Below are positions 19,316-29,146 of a stretch of 64,000 nt of DNA, in pieces; positions within the stretch are counted from its first letter, which is position 1; each line of letters starts with the position of its first letter. A program made the translations under genes and the position numbers. The notes beneath the pieces are model-generated. The model was not told the DNA's origin. It made no database searches and worked only from the letters and a program-made list of their open reading frames with translations. The DNA comes from Nitrosarchaeum sp. (GTDB lineage: Archaea > Thermoproteota > Nitrososphaeria > Nitrososphaerales > Nitrosopumilaceae), in the NCBI GenBank assembly GCA_965223865.1, contig OZ245020.1, positions 1,440,001-1,504,000 on the forward strand. The letters are read 5' to 3'.

Positions 19316-19403
19316 AGCTGATTTAAGGAAATTTTTGATTATCAAGTGTGAAATGAACTGAAAATAGAGTAACTCTTAACTAGTTTTACGATCTATAATA
19401 CAA

Positions 19404-19519
19404 TGAGTTTTCAGAACTCAGGCCTAACCGCGCGTAAGGGTCAAAGAAAACCGATTTTCCGACATCACGGGAAGACGTCATTGGTTAATGGCTAATTTCC
19501 GTGCTGATTGGAGCTAATC
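19404..19519 (+). ncRNA. Candidate GC-rich structured RNA (or 30-aa ORF 19403..19495)
   Basis: UGAGUU/AACUCA, GGCCU/GGGUC and a long hairpin containing CACGGGAA/UUUCCGUG; CTTAAC ~28 nt upstream. Confidence 0.5.
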
Positions 19520-19709
19520 TAATTCTAGATGACAATTTAAGAATGAATAAAATTTGAATATAATTAAGAAAAATTTCACTAATTTTTCTAATTTACAAGC
19601 TTTTTGACTTGAAGGATTTTTTAATTTTCTATATCACATCGAGTATTTCATAAAAATTTCAAAGATTAAATCAATATTTTAAATGAAATAATAGTAATAA
19701 AATAACAGA

Positions 19710-19943
19710 ATGGGTATTGGAACAAATTCAGAATACGTAAAATTCTATTTGAATTTACGAATGGGGAAGGATGTTAATTTATTGAGTTTCATAAATAATG
19801 AAAAAAGAATACTAAAAGGAAAATTAGAAAACAAGAACTTGAACAAAGACAGAATATTAAAAGGAATTGAAATCCTAAATGAGTTAATATTAGAAATAAA
19901 TGAGATTGGAGAAAACGAGGTTTTAAAAAAATATGGAAAATGA
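19710..19943 (+). CDS. Hypothetical protein
   Basis: 77-aa ORF overlapping next start. Confidence 0.65.
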   Translation: MGIGTNSEYVKFYLNLRMGKDVNLLSFINNEKRILKGKLENKNLNKDRILKGIEILNELILEINEIGENEVLKKYGK

Positions 19944-20496
19944 TTTAAAAATTATCAGAATAGAAATTATGCGAGTGTTAAATGAAAATGGAAAAACAAG
20001 GAGTTCAGAATTAGTCAAAAGAGTTGCAAAAAAAACTGGAAATGAGAAAATTATATACAGAGAGATTAGCTTTCTTGTAGAATCAGGAGAAATCGAAAAA
20101 AAGTACATAGTAAATCCCATATTGAATATGAATTGATTAATTTATCAGAATCTGCAAACAATCAATTAAAGAATTTACATGCAGAGTTAGATATCTCTAG
20201 AAGAATTAAAAAAATTTTATGAAGAAGCAGAACAAATCAAAGTTGGTTATCACCAAAGAGTTAGAACAACGATTCATTTTATTCATATTGTTCAGTCAAT
20301 TGAAGGGATTATGAGATTATTGTCTTTTTATCCAACATTCAAAAAAGACAAAATGTTTTCTCAAATTAATAGAAAAATTAGCGATTATTGGCTACTTTTG
20401 ATGGAATTTATCATGCACCAATCTGAAGAACAGTTTCTTAATGAAGTACTCGCCAATATCAGAATAACTCAAATAAATTCAAAAAGTGTTAATTGA
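19933..20496 (+). pseudogene. Winged-helix regulator-like gene with two frameshifts
   Basis: wHTH pattern (RSSELVKRV...IYREISFLVESGEIEK); frame restored by adding single bases near 20100 and 20195, joining ORF 20311..20496. Confidence 0.7.
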
Positions 20497-20515
20497 AATC
20501 AAATCCAAAACAAGA

Positions 20516-20809
20516 TTAATCAATTATCTTTACAAGATAGATAGGTCTGTCGGCTTTATGCTCATATACAAATTCTGAAATTTGTATATTTTTTATCCGC
20601 TTATTAGTAAAAAAGTGAATATAAGCTCGATTATCAGCTGTGAGTAATTCACAGTAATTATCCACACAAAATGTTGCCAAATTTTCATCATATTCGCGTT
20701 GCTTCAAATCATCTCCAACAACAAAAATTTCGTTATAATTGTCTAGTAGTTTTTTATTTTCTTGGTTTGCTAACCATTTACAATTTTGATCAATTAAAAC
20801 ATTAGTCAT
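20516..20809 (-). CDS. Hypothetical protein, possibly PIN-like (Mut7-C/DUF5615 type)
   Basis: VLIDQN...D..L...LLTADN pattern. Confidence 0.55.
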   Translation of the reverse strand: MTNVLIDQNCKWLANQENKKLLDNYNEIFVVGDDLKQREYDENLATFCVDNYCELLTADNRAYIHFFTNKRIKNIQISEFVYEHKADRPIYLVKIID

Positions 20810-20911
20810 AAAACAACCAGAAAACTGGGATATTTAGTTTATTATTTAATGAAATTAAATATTCTTAATAAAACAATACAATTCTTATGGTTTATCCTTA
20901 CTAAACAAATA

Positions 20912-21136
20912 ATGGATGAAAAAATTGAAGACAAATCCGAAGAATCAAGAAAAAAACACATCAAATATTACAAATCATTGTCAAAAACAATAAAAAATAT
21001 TGAAAAAGAAATAGAATCTGAAAAAGAAGAGAAAATAATTAATCACTTGAAAGAAAGGGTAGATGCAATGAATTTGGATAAAAAAAGGATTACAAAGATG
21101 TTCCCTAACATATTAAAGGAATTAAAAGATGAGTAA
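20912..21136 (+). CDS. Small helical hypothetical protein
   Basis: Second ATG of ORF 20849..21136; similar to 15121..15330. Confidence 0.65.
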   Translation: MDEKIEDKSEESRKKHIKYYKSLSKTIKNIEKEIESEKEEKIINHLKERVDAMNLDKKRITKMFPNILKELKDE

Positions 21137-21335
21137 ACCAAGCGAAAAGAATCATAACAAGCACTTAGATATGCTTCAAGATTACAAAAATTACATTGTA
21201 AAATATATTTCAGAGTTAGAAAAGCTTGATAACCAATCAGAATTTGCAAAAAAATGGAATGAGAATACAATAAAAGAAAGAAGAGAAGAATTAGTAGTAA
21301 TAAACAAAATTATAAAAAATTTAATTAGATTTTAG
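21129..21335 (+). CDS. Small helical hypothetical protein
   Basis: 68-aa ORF overlapping previous stop. Confidence 0.65.
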   Translation: MSKPSEKNHNKHLDMLQDYKNYIVKYISELEKLDNQSEFAKKWNENTIKERREELVVINKIIKNLIRF

Positions 21336-21701
21336 ATGTTTTTGCTTTTGATATTTTTGAGATAATTCATATAATTTTTCACAAAAAGAATCCAAACGAG
21401 AAGACATAATTCCATCAATCCATGAAAGTTCTTTATTCATAGAATAGTTAACAGACGATGATTGTGGAAAATTGCTTTATTCTATGTATTTGATTTCATT
21501 CTCAAAAAAGATTTTTAGATATTTTATTCCTTCTTCTGAAAAAATATAATTGCATGGCATTAAATCAATTTGTACATTATAGTTTCTATTAGCTTGATTG
21601 ATTCTAGCCTTGATGAAAGGGAGATTAATTTGAGCGCATTTTCTATAATACTTATCATATTCAAACATCTTTGAGTCAGAAATGTATTTTTTAAAAGACA
21701 T
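21321..21701 (-). pseudogene. Hypothetical gene with internal TAA
   Basis: Frame of ORF 21477..21701 stays open for 51 more sense codons after the TAA at 21477-21479. Confidence 0.55.
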
Positions 21702-21712
21702 TCAGAAAGATT

Positions 21713-22093
21713 TCAAAGATCTGCAGTAATTTTTTTAATTTTTGTAATTATTCTGATCTTTTTCTCAATCTGCATTTCTGGTTCTAAAGTGAAATAAACA
21801 ATATTTCTCTTTGTATAAATGACCATTTGAGAGACTTTTTCCCTTTCCACATGAACGTAACGGACTTTACCTAGAGATTTATCAAATTCTTTTCGCATTA
21901 CTCGGCGCTGTGCTACTTGTTTGCAAAAATGTTCTTCTTCTTTTTGTGTTTTCAGATTTGTTTTACCTGTTTTCATAATTGCCTCTCTGATGTTCCCTTT
22001 GGGATCAATTATTGCAGCAAATCTCATTTTAGGATCTAAATTGATAATATCTTGAACAAGTTTTAAAAGATCTACTTTGGGTTTTCCTGCCAT
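21713..22093 (-). CDS. Thaumarchaeal roadblock/profilin-like protein (DUF6659-like)
   Basis: LDPKMRFAAIID..G...FDKSLGKVRY...REKV. Confidence 0.75.
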   Translation of the reverse strand: MAGKPKVDLLKLVQDIINLDPKMRFAAIIDPKGNIREAIMKTGKTNLKTQKEEEHFCKQVAQRRVMRKEFDKSLGKVRYVHVEREKVSQMVIYTKRNIVYFTLEPEMQIEKKIRIITKIKKITADL

Positions 22094-22240
22094 GTATGTT
22101 TTCCAGGGAATTTAGGCAAATATAATCCAATAAACAATTTTAGGCTTCAATTCTGAAATATTTTTTATGTTAAAAATGACGATCTAAATATTGCACATCT
22201 AGATAATAGTTTTAATTTAATTCATTATTACAATTAGACT

Positions 22241-22858
22241 GTGAATAATACCATTAAACAAGTTTTAGATAAGTTAGAGAAAAGATCTTCACTTGAAAAA
22301 ACAAAGAGTTTAGACATATTGCCGGAAGATAGGATGTTAGCAATTACAATGGAAACAGGAAAATTTTTCAATATACTGTTAAGGGCAATGAATGCAAAAA
22401 ACATACTTGAGATCGGAACTTCGACTGGATATTCAACAATATGGATAGCTGAAGCTATTCAAGAAAATACAGGTAAAATTATAACAATTGAAAAAAACCC
22501 AAATAAAATCAAACGTGCTAAAAATAATTTCACAGAGGCTGGTGTCTCAGATACGATTGAGATAAGAGAAGGCATGGCATCTGATGTCTTATCAGAATTA
22601 ACTAGCGAAGGATTTCAAAATCATTTTGATTTTGTATTAATAGATTCGGACAAAGAACAATGCATTAATTATTTTGATATTGTTTTACCATTAGTGAAGA
22701 AAAACGGGATTATTGCAACAGACAATATTTTGTACCCAGAAAAGTACAAGGCAGAAATGCAAAATTTTGTAGATCATGTTACAAATAATCCAAAGGTAAT
22801 TTCTGTAACAATTCCAATAGGAAATGGTGAAGAAATTACATTAAAGGTAAGAGATTAA
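22241..22858 (+). CDS. SAM-dependent O-methyltransferase
   Basis: LEIGTSTGYS, FDFVLIDSDK, IATDN. Confidence 0.9.
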   Translation: MNNTIKQVLDKLEKRSSLEKTKSLDILPEDRMLAITMETGKFFNILLRAMNAKNILEIGTSTGYSTIWIAEAIQENTGKIITIEKNPNKIKRAKNNFTEAGVSDTIEIREGMASDVLSELTSEGFQNHFDFVLIDSDKEQCINYFDIVLPLVKKNGIIATDNILYPEKYKAEMQNFVDHVTNNPKVISVTIPIGNGEEITLKVRD

Positions 22859-22915
22859 ATTTTTAATTATAGCATCCAAACGTCGGAATTAAGTAAAGAA
22901 TAGAATTGTAATTGA

Positions 22916-25900
22916 TTAGGATTTTGTTACTTTGGGTTTGGTAGCTTTTTTAGGTTTGGCTACTTTGGGTTTGGTAGCTTTTTTAGGTTTGGCTACTTTG
23001 GGTTTGGTAGCTTTTTTAGGTTTGGCTACTTTGGGTTTGGTAGCTTTTTTAGGTTTGGCTACTTTGGGTTTGGTAGCTTTTTTAGGTTTGGCTACTTTGG
23101 GTTTGGTAGCTTTTTTAGGTTTGGCTACTTTGGGTTTATTCTGTTGCTCACTAATTTTTTGTTTAGTTTGTTCTTGTTTTATTTTTAATTTTTTAATATC
23201 ATCTTTAATTTTTTGTTCCTTCTTTTCTTGCTTTATTTTTAATTTTTCATAATTAGCTTTTTCCCTTTCTAATTGTCTTACTAGAATTTGTTGTTCCTTG
23301 TGTTTTTTCATTTCTTCTTTTTTCTGAATAGAAATCAATTGTTTTTCTTTAGAAATAGAATTAATTAATTCAAGACGTTTTTCTTTAGATTTAATCAATT
23401 CATTTTTTTCTGTTTGAAGCGAATTCTTTATTTTTTCATAATTAGATAATGTAGTTTTTTCTTCTTCAATTTGAGATAAAAGAACATCATGTTCTGATTT
23501 GAACTTTTCAAGAGATTCTTTTTCTGCTTGGAGTTTAGCTAGATTTTCTTTTTGAAGTTCGGATTCTTGTTCAAGGGATTGTTTTTCTGCTTGGAGTTTA
23601 GCCAGGTTTTCTTTTTGGATTGAATATTCATTCTCAAGGGATTGCTGTTCTTGTTTTACTTGTTCTAGAAGTTGGTCATAATCAGATTGTGTCTTTTCAA
23701 GGGATTGTTTTTCTGCTTGGAGTTTAGGTAAGCTTTCTGCTTGGAGTTTGCTATCAGCTGCAATAGCCTGTTTTTCTTTTTCTATTTGGTCTAGTAGATC
23801 ATCGTAATCAGATTGTGTCTTTTCAAGAGATTCTTTTTCTGCTTGGAGTTTAGCCAGGTTTTTTTCTTCAAGTTTACTTTTAGAATCAATATCTTGTTTT
23901 TCTTGATTAATTTTTTGCATTAATTTTTCATTATCAGATTGTGCTTGTTCAAGGGATTGTTTTTCTGCTTGGAGTTTAGCCAGGTTTTCTTTTTGGATTG
24001 AATATTCATTCTCAAGGGATTGCTGTTCTTGTTTTACTTGTTCTAGAAGTTGGTCATAATCAGATTGTGTCTTTTCAAGGGATTGTTTTTCTGCTTGGAG
24101 TTTAGCCAGGTTTTCTTTTTGGATTGAATATTCATTCTCAAGGGATTGCTGTTCTTGTTTTACTTGTTCTAGAAGTTGGTCATAATCAGATTGTGTCTTT
24201 TCAAGGGATTGTTTTTCTGCTTGGAGTTTAGCCAGGTTTTCTTTTTGGATTGAATATTCATTCTCAAGGGATTGCTGTTCTTGTTTTACTTGTTCTAGAA
24301 GTTGGTCATAATCAGATTGTGTCTTTTCAAGGGATTGTTTTTCTGCTTGGAGTTTAGGTAAGCTTTCTGCTTGGAGTTTGCTATCAGCTGCAATAGCCTG
24401 TTTTTCTTTTTCTATTTGGTCTAGTAGATCATCGTAATCAGATTGTGTCTTTTCAAGGGATTGTTTTTCTGCTTGGAGTTTAGCCAGGTTTTCTTTTTGG
24501 ATTGAATATTCATTCTCAAGGGATTGCTGTTCTTGTTTTACTTGTTCTAGAAGTTGGTCATAATCAGATTGTGTCTTTTCAAGGGATTGTTTTTCTGCTT
24601 GGAGTTTAGCCAGGTTTTCTTTTTGGATTGAATATTCATTCTCAAGGGATTGCTGTTCTTGTTTTACTTGTTCTAGAAGTTGGTCATAATCAGATTGTGT
24701 CTTTTCAAGGGATTGTTTTTCTGCTTGGAGTTTAGGTAAGCTTTCTGCTTGGAGTTTGCTATCAGCTGCAATAGCCTGTTTTTCTTTTTCTATTTGGTCT
24801 AGTAGATCATCGTAATCAGATTGTGTCTTTTCAAGAGATTCTTTTTCTGCTTGGAGTTTAGCCAGGTTTTTTTCTTCAAGTTTACTTTTAGAATCAATAT
24901 CTTGTTTTTCTTGATTAATTTTTTGCATTAATTTTTCATTATCAGATTGTGCTTGTTCAAGGGATTGTTTTTCTGCTTGGAGTTTAGCCAGGTTTTCTTT
25001 TTGGATTGAATATTCATTCTCAAGGGATTGCTGTTCTTGTTTTACTTGTTCTAGAAGTTGGTCATAATCAGATTGTGTCTTTTCAAGGGATTGTTTTTCT
25101 GCTTGGAGTTTAGGTAAGCTTTCTGCTTGGAGTTTGCTATCAGCTGCAATAGCCTGTTTTTCTTTTTCTATTTGGTCTAGTAGATCATCGTAATCAGATT
25201 GTGTCTTTTCAAGGGATTGTTTTTCTGCTTGGAGTTTAGCCAGGTTTTCTTTTTGGATTGAATATTCATTCTCAAGGGATTGCTGTTCTTGTTTTAATTC
25301 ATTTATGATTTTATTAATTTCATTTTTTGATTTTTCTAATTCAAGTTTTTCTTCTTCAAGTTGTTTTGATAATTCTGCTTGTTCATGTAATCGGGTTTTT
25401 TGAGACTCTCGCATTTCTTCAAGATGAATTTTTTCTTGTTGAATGTTTTTCTCTACTTCTTCTTGTTCTTTTTGAGCTTGGATTAATTCTGCTTTCTGAG
25501 ATTCAGAATCTTTCATTAAGGATTCTCTTTCTTTTTTGATTTTTTCTAAAACAGCTGTTCTCTCGATTTTTATTTTCTCTAGTTCTGCTTTTTGGGCTGA
25601 AATTTGTTCAAATAAATTAATCTGAGATGAAATACTCTCACGTTCTCTTTTAATTTGAGACAATAGTTCTGCTTTTGCAGATTCAATTTCTTTTTTTCCT
25701 TCTATGTTTGTTTGGTTTGTTTTAGAAAAATCTGGATTTTCTGACTCTGTGTAAATGACTTCTTTAATTTTCGACTCCTCAATATTATTTTTATTAACAA
25801 CATAGGAATCTTCTACAGTGAATTGATTTGAATTCCAACCTTTGGGCATTGTGCCTCTGATTGTCATATTCTCTTTGGATTTTTGATTTGCTTCATTGGT

Positions 25901-26290
25901 TTGATCAGAAGTTCTTTCATCGGTAATCAAGTTAGTTGTATTACTTGATAATTCATTTAGTTTTCGTTGTACATAATTATAATCAGATTGATACAAAGAA
26001 CGGCCTTTTGATAGTGCATCATGTATAGATTGAAGCCGTCCATAATCACCAGCATCAGAATCAATTAGTTTGTCAACAAGGGGTAAAAGATCACTTTGAG
26101 GAACTTCTTCACTTTTAAATTCAAATGAGGATTCTAATAATTTTTCTAGGTACAGTCTATCAGTATTAAACAGAGTTTTGTTATTTCGAAGTGATTCACG
26201 AATGTGATCTAATCTCCCTACATCACCTTTACCAAGATCTATTAATTGGCCAATTCTTTCAATGGTTTCTTCAATAGTTAATTCTTGCAT
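22916..26290 (-). CDS. 1124-aa coiled-coil repeat protein with Lys/Pro/Ala-rich tail
   Basis: Intact ORF; duplicated N-terminal GDxGRL module; heptad-rich centre; (KPKVAKPKKAT)6 tail. Confidence 0.9.
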   Translation of the reverse strand: MQELTIEETIERIGQLIDLGKGDVGRLDHIRESLRNNKTLFNTDRLYLEKLLESSFEFKSEEVPQSDLLPLVDKLIDSDAGDYGRLQSIHDALSKGRSLYQSDYNYVQRKLNELSSNTTNLITDERTSDQTNEANQKSKENMTIRGTMPKGWNSNQFTVEDSYVVNKNNIEESKIKEVIYTESENPDFSKTNQTNIEGKKEIESAKAELLSQIKRERESISSQINLFEQISAQKAELEKIKIERTAVLEKIKKERESLMKDSESQKAELIQAQKEQEEVEKNIQQEKIHLEEMRESQKTRLHEQAELSKQLEEEKLELEKSKNEINKIINELKQEQQSLENEYSIQKENLAKLQAEKQSLEKTQSDYDDLLDQIEKEKQAIAADSKLQAESLPKLQAEKQSLEKTQSDYDQLLEQVKQEQQSLENEYSIQKENLAKLQAEKQSLEQAQSDNEKLMQKINQEKQDIDSKSKLEEKNLAKLQAEKESLEKTQSDYDDLLDQIEKEKQAIAADSKLQAESLPKLQAEKQSLEKTQSDYDQLLEQVKQEQQSLENEYSIQKENLAKLQAEKQSLEKTQSDYDQLLEQVKQEQQSLENEYSIQKENLAKLQAEKQSLEKTQSDYDDLLDQIEKEKQAIAADSKLQAESLPKLQAEKQSLEKTQSDYDQLLEQVKQEQQSLENEYSIQKENLAKLQAEKQSLEKTQSDYDQLLEQVKQEQQSLENEYSIQKENLAKLQAEKQSLEKTQSDYDQLLEQVKQEQQSLENEYSIQKENLAKLQAEKQSLEQAQSDNEKLMQKINQEKQDIDSKSKLEEKNLAKLQAEKESLEKTQSDYDDLLDQIEKEKQAIAADSKLQAESLPKLQAEKQSLEKTQSDYDQLLEQVKQEQQSLENEYSIQKENLAKLQAEKQSLEQESELQKENLAKLQAEKESLEKFKSEHDVLLSQIEEEKTTLSNYEKIKNSLQTEKNELIKSKEKRLELINSISKEKQLISIQKKEEMKKHKEQQILVRQLEREKANYEKLKIKQEKKEQKIKDDIKKLKIKQEQTKQKISEQQNKPKVAKPKKATKPKVAKPKKATKPKVAKPKKATKPKVAKPKKATKPKVAKPKKATKPKVAKPKKATKPKVTKS
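22928..23137. repeat. 33-bp coding tandem repeat, 6 full copies plus a partial copy
   Basis: TACTTTGGGTTTGGTAGCTTTTTTAGGTTTGGC repeated. Confidence 0.97.
23582..25219. repeat. 126-bp (42-aa) coding tandem array, 13 units of three types
   Basis: N-to-C order B-A-C-B-A-A-B-A-A-A-C-B-A, half units on both flanks. Confidence 0.95.
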
Positions 26291-26405
26291 TTACCTCATC
26301 TGAAATCCTATCATTTTTGATTAATGTAATGACAGGATAAAAAAACTTTTGAAAATTCATTTTGTGGAAATTATCAAACACGATCAAACTACGCTCTCAA
26401 AAAAA

Positions 26406-26548
26406 TTAAGCAGAAGGCAAGATGTTTCCATCTTCAAGATTCAGTTCATGCTCTGAACTGAGCAAAGTGACCATTGTCACTTTTATTACGCTTATTTCAT
26501 CGTAATTGATCAATTTCTTGACCATCTCTGAGCCTTTCTGCGCTTTAC
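26406..26548 (-). ncRNA. Candidate multibranched structured RNA
   Basis: Six compatible helices, TAATAT ~30 nt upstream, T7 tract immediately downstream. Confidence 0.6.
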
Positions 26549-26718
26549 ATCCCAGAATTATTTCAAGAATGCAATATTATTACGCATTGATAATATTTAT
26601 TGATGATCTATAATTTCTATATAATTACTATATAGAATAAAATAAAAATTAAAAATATTTGAAATTTTTTTTGGATTTATTCAAATTTTTTAGCAACTAA
26701 TGTATCTTAAAACCAGAT

Positions 26719-27549
26719 TTAGAGTCTTTTTGATAATTGTTTTTTTTGTCCTACAAACAAAATACCAACAATTGCGATTCCTAGAATGGTCATAGTCATA
26801 ACACCAAATTCTGGAACTACGGTAGTCCCAACAATTGTAATTAATTTTGAATTCTCAGTCAACATAATATTGAGAACCCCTAGATCATTTTCTTTTACAT
26901 AATCAAATTCAGAGATCATTTCCCCGTCCACCCAAATTACAAAAGGACCTTCAATCAGATCGAAAGGAAGTCGTAATGTCAAATTATGATCGTCTGATTT
27001 TGCATTTCCAACTATCTCAAAGGTTATTGATTTTTCATCTTCATTAATGGATGCATTGGATAGTAATCCATCGAAATCATATTCCACATCAAATGTGGTC
27101 AATCCATCGCCAGCATCTGCACCAACTTGAGGAAGAATTTGAAATCCTTCAATAACAAACACAGTTCCAGTCATCCAGGGATGAACAAGACAATAGTATG
27201 GATACTCATCTTTTTCGGTAAAAATAAAAGAAAATGATTTTCCAGGTGCAAATAAACCACTATCAAACATGTCATCTGGTCCATCAGTAGGAGTTCCAGA
27301 AGTTACGGTATGTGCAGCAGTATCTGCATTTTTCCAAACCACTTCATCACCAATCTCTATTGTAATATCGCCAGTAGTACTACCGTCTTTCTCACTTTGC
27401 CAGAAATATGGCGCATCAGGACTGGCAGCACCTGTGGGAATATTGATATCATAACTTGAAAAACCATATACCGGTCCTACCATAGAAAATACAAATAATC
27501 CAAAAATTGCAGAAAGCAAAAAAAGAGATTTCATAAATTTACTTTGCAT
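26719..27549 (-). CDS. Plastocyanin-like blue copper protein with PEFG-CTERM anchor
   Basis: Signal peptide; AAHTVTSG...YYCLVHPWM type-1 Cu ligands; VPEFG + TM + basic tail. Confidence 0.92.
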   Translation of the reverse strand: MQSKFMKSLFLLSAIFGLFVFSMVGPVYGFSSYDINIPTGAASPDAPYFWQSEKDGSTTGDITIEIGDEVVWKNADTAAHTVTSGTPTDGPDDMFDSGLFAPGKSFSFIFTEKDEYPYYCLVHPWMTGTVFVIEGFQILPQVGADAGDGLTTFDVEYDFDGLLSNASINEDEKSITFEIVGNAKSDDHNLTLRLPFDLIEGPFVIWVDGEMISEFDYVKENDLGVLNIMLTENSKLITIVGTTVVPEFGVMTMTILGIAIVGILFVGQKKQLSKRL

Positions 27550-27657
27550 AATTGCTTAAAATGGTTTTGTTGTACTCAAAAAACAAATTTGAGAATAACA
27601 CAGAAGGTAAATTTGAAAAAGATTTGAATTTATTTAGATGGACAAAATATCAAAAAT

Positions 27658-27897
27658 GTGAAGAGTGGTTCGACAATAATTATTGTAGGAATTACAATGG
27701 TTATTTCAGGACTGATAACGTTTTATTCTATTCAGAGTAACTCTAATTTGGATCCCTTATTCAGGGAGATAAAGCATGCAGGGACGTTTGTAGGCTTAAT
27801 GGGATTTGGAGTAATAATGGCAGGAATTTTGTTATATTTGATGAATAGAAATCAGCCAGCATTACAAGAAGATTACGATGCAGAAATGGATATCTAA
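27658..27897 (+). CDS. Small two-TM membrane protein
   Basis: Two hydrophobic helices. Confidence 0.7.
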   Translation: MKSGSTIIIVGITMVISGLITFYSIQSNSNLDPLFREIKHAGTFVGLMGFGVIMAGILLYLMNRNQPALQEDYDAEMDI

Positions 27898-27912
27898 GTC
27901 ACCTGCTAGGTT

Positions 27913-28104
27913 CTAGGTGCTTGAAAGTAATTTCTTGTATTCCTCAACAGGAGTGACAAATTTGCATGTCTTACAAAATAAGACCTCTTTATTCACCATG
28001 TCACTAATGGATGTAGGAATTTTTCCACAGTATAGCGACTTGTTTTCACAATTAGGGCATCTTGCCAACAAGTGATTCATTCCATATTCATTTGTCATAT
28101 TCAT
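27913..28104 (-). CDS. Small zinc-ribbon protein
   Basis: CPNC...CKTC. Confidence 0.7.
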   Translation of the reverse strand: MNMTNEYGMNHLLARCPNCENKSLYCGKIPTSISDMVNKEVLFCKTCKFVTPVEEYKKLLSST

Positions 28105-28204
28105 AAGAATAGTACAGAATCATCGTATATTAGTAAAAAGTAGAAGTTCTACTAATGCCTAGAAAGTCAGAATTTATAATAATGACAAATTTCAAGTTTA
28201 GGAA

Positions 28205-28630
28205 TTGCCTTCAGGAACTTGGATTGGTGGAATTTTTTTCAAAGACGAAGGAGGATATGAGATTATCTTAAAATCACTAAATCACTACAAGAAAAGATTG
28301 AGAACCATTGGAAACAGTCCAGAACTAAAAGATTCAGCTGCAATGTTTGCGTCAATATTACAGCAAGAGGCAACTAAGACAATTCCCAAAATTGAAGGGA
28401 CGATAAAAAAGATTAATGATTGTTTATCAGGAATCCAGTCAGTAGATTCATTGATTCAAGACATACCATTTTTTCAAAAAGCACTTGAATGTTATGATTC
28501 AGATATCAAAAAGGCTCAAAATACAGGATATGAGTATTTTGTGAATTTAGTAGGAGATTTATCAATTGCAAAAGATGAAATCATCCTTATTAAAAACGCA
28601 CAAAAAAAGATTAACCAGTTTTCAAACTAA
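28205..28630 (+). CDS. Hypothetical protein
   Basis: 141-aa ORF; TTTATA box upstream. Confidence 0.7.
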   Translation: MPSGTWIGGIFFKDEGGYEIILKSLNHYKKRLRTIGNSPELKDSAAMFASILQQEATKTIPKIEGTIKKINDCLSGIQSVDSLIQDIPFFQKALECYDSDIKKAQNTGYEYFVNLVGDLSIAKDEIILIKNAQKKINQFSN

Positions 28631-28631
28631 A

Positions 28632-28862
28632 TTAAATTCCCTGCAAATACCAGTCTAGGTAAGGTTGAAGGTTTTTACAAAGTTTCTTCTTTTCAGATTC
28701 CTCATGAGCATTAGGTATTGCTTGAATTTTTCCTTCAAGATAGTCCCTAGTCAAATTACTCTTAAAGTGATTCTTTATTTCATCGAGAGTTTTAACTATT
28801 GTCTCAGACGGAATATTCTCAAAATTATTTAAAATTTCCTTTGTTTGCTTTTGTAATGACAT
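28632..28862 (-). CDS. Hypothetical protein
   Basis: 76-aa ORF. Confidence 0.65.
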   Translation of the reverse strand: MSLQKQTKEILNNFENIPSETIVKTLDEIKNHFKSNLTRDYLEGKIQAIPNAHEESEKKKLCKNLQPYLDWYLQGI

Positions 28863-28912
28863 CTATTCGCAAAAAATTATTGCCCTTATTATTTTTTCAT
28901 AAATCGATAAAA

Positions 28913-29146
28913 TCAGGAAACATCCTCATCATCCCAAGTGATACGAAATCTTCCAACTGCTCTGAACATTTGCAGCCGTCCTCCTTTTTTGAATTTTAAT
29001 TTGTAGGAATTTTGAGAGGTATCCTCAATATCGAGGGGAGTATCATCATCAAGTGCTTCAAAAATGATTGGGTTTGTTGAAATTTGTTTCCATTCATCAG
29101 GTTCAAAATCAAGATAGAATTTTGTGTATAGTAACCCCATTTTCAA
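28913..29146 (-). CDS. Hypothetical protein
   Basis: 77-aa ORF. Confidence 0.65.
   Translation of the reverse strand: MKMGLLYTKFYLDFEPDEWKQISTNPIIFEALDDDTPLDIEDTSQNSYKLKFKKGGRLQMFRAVGRFRITWDDEDVS

Noticed and set aside
19461-19480. Cobalamin riboswitch (CACGGGAAG)
   Set aside because: Rest of the B12-element consensus is absent and no adjacent B12 gene
22932-23252. Hydrophobic (GLVAFLGLATL)n ORF on + strand
   Set aside because: Antisense shadow of the Lys-rich repeat
22928-25219. 33-bp and 126-bp repeats as a CRISPR array
   Set aside because: Head-to-tail with no unique spacers, lengths are multiples of 3 inside one ORF, no cas genes
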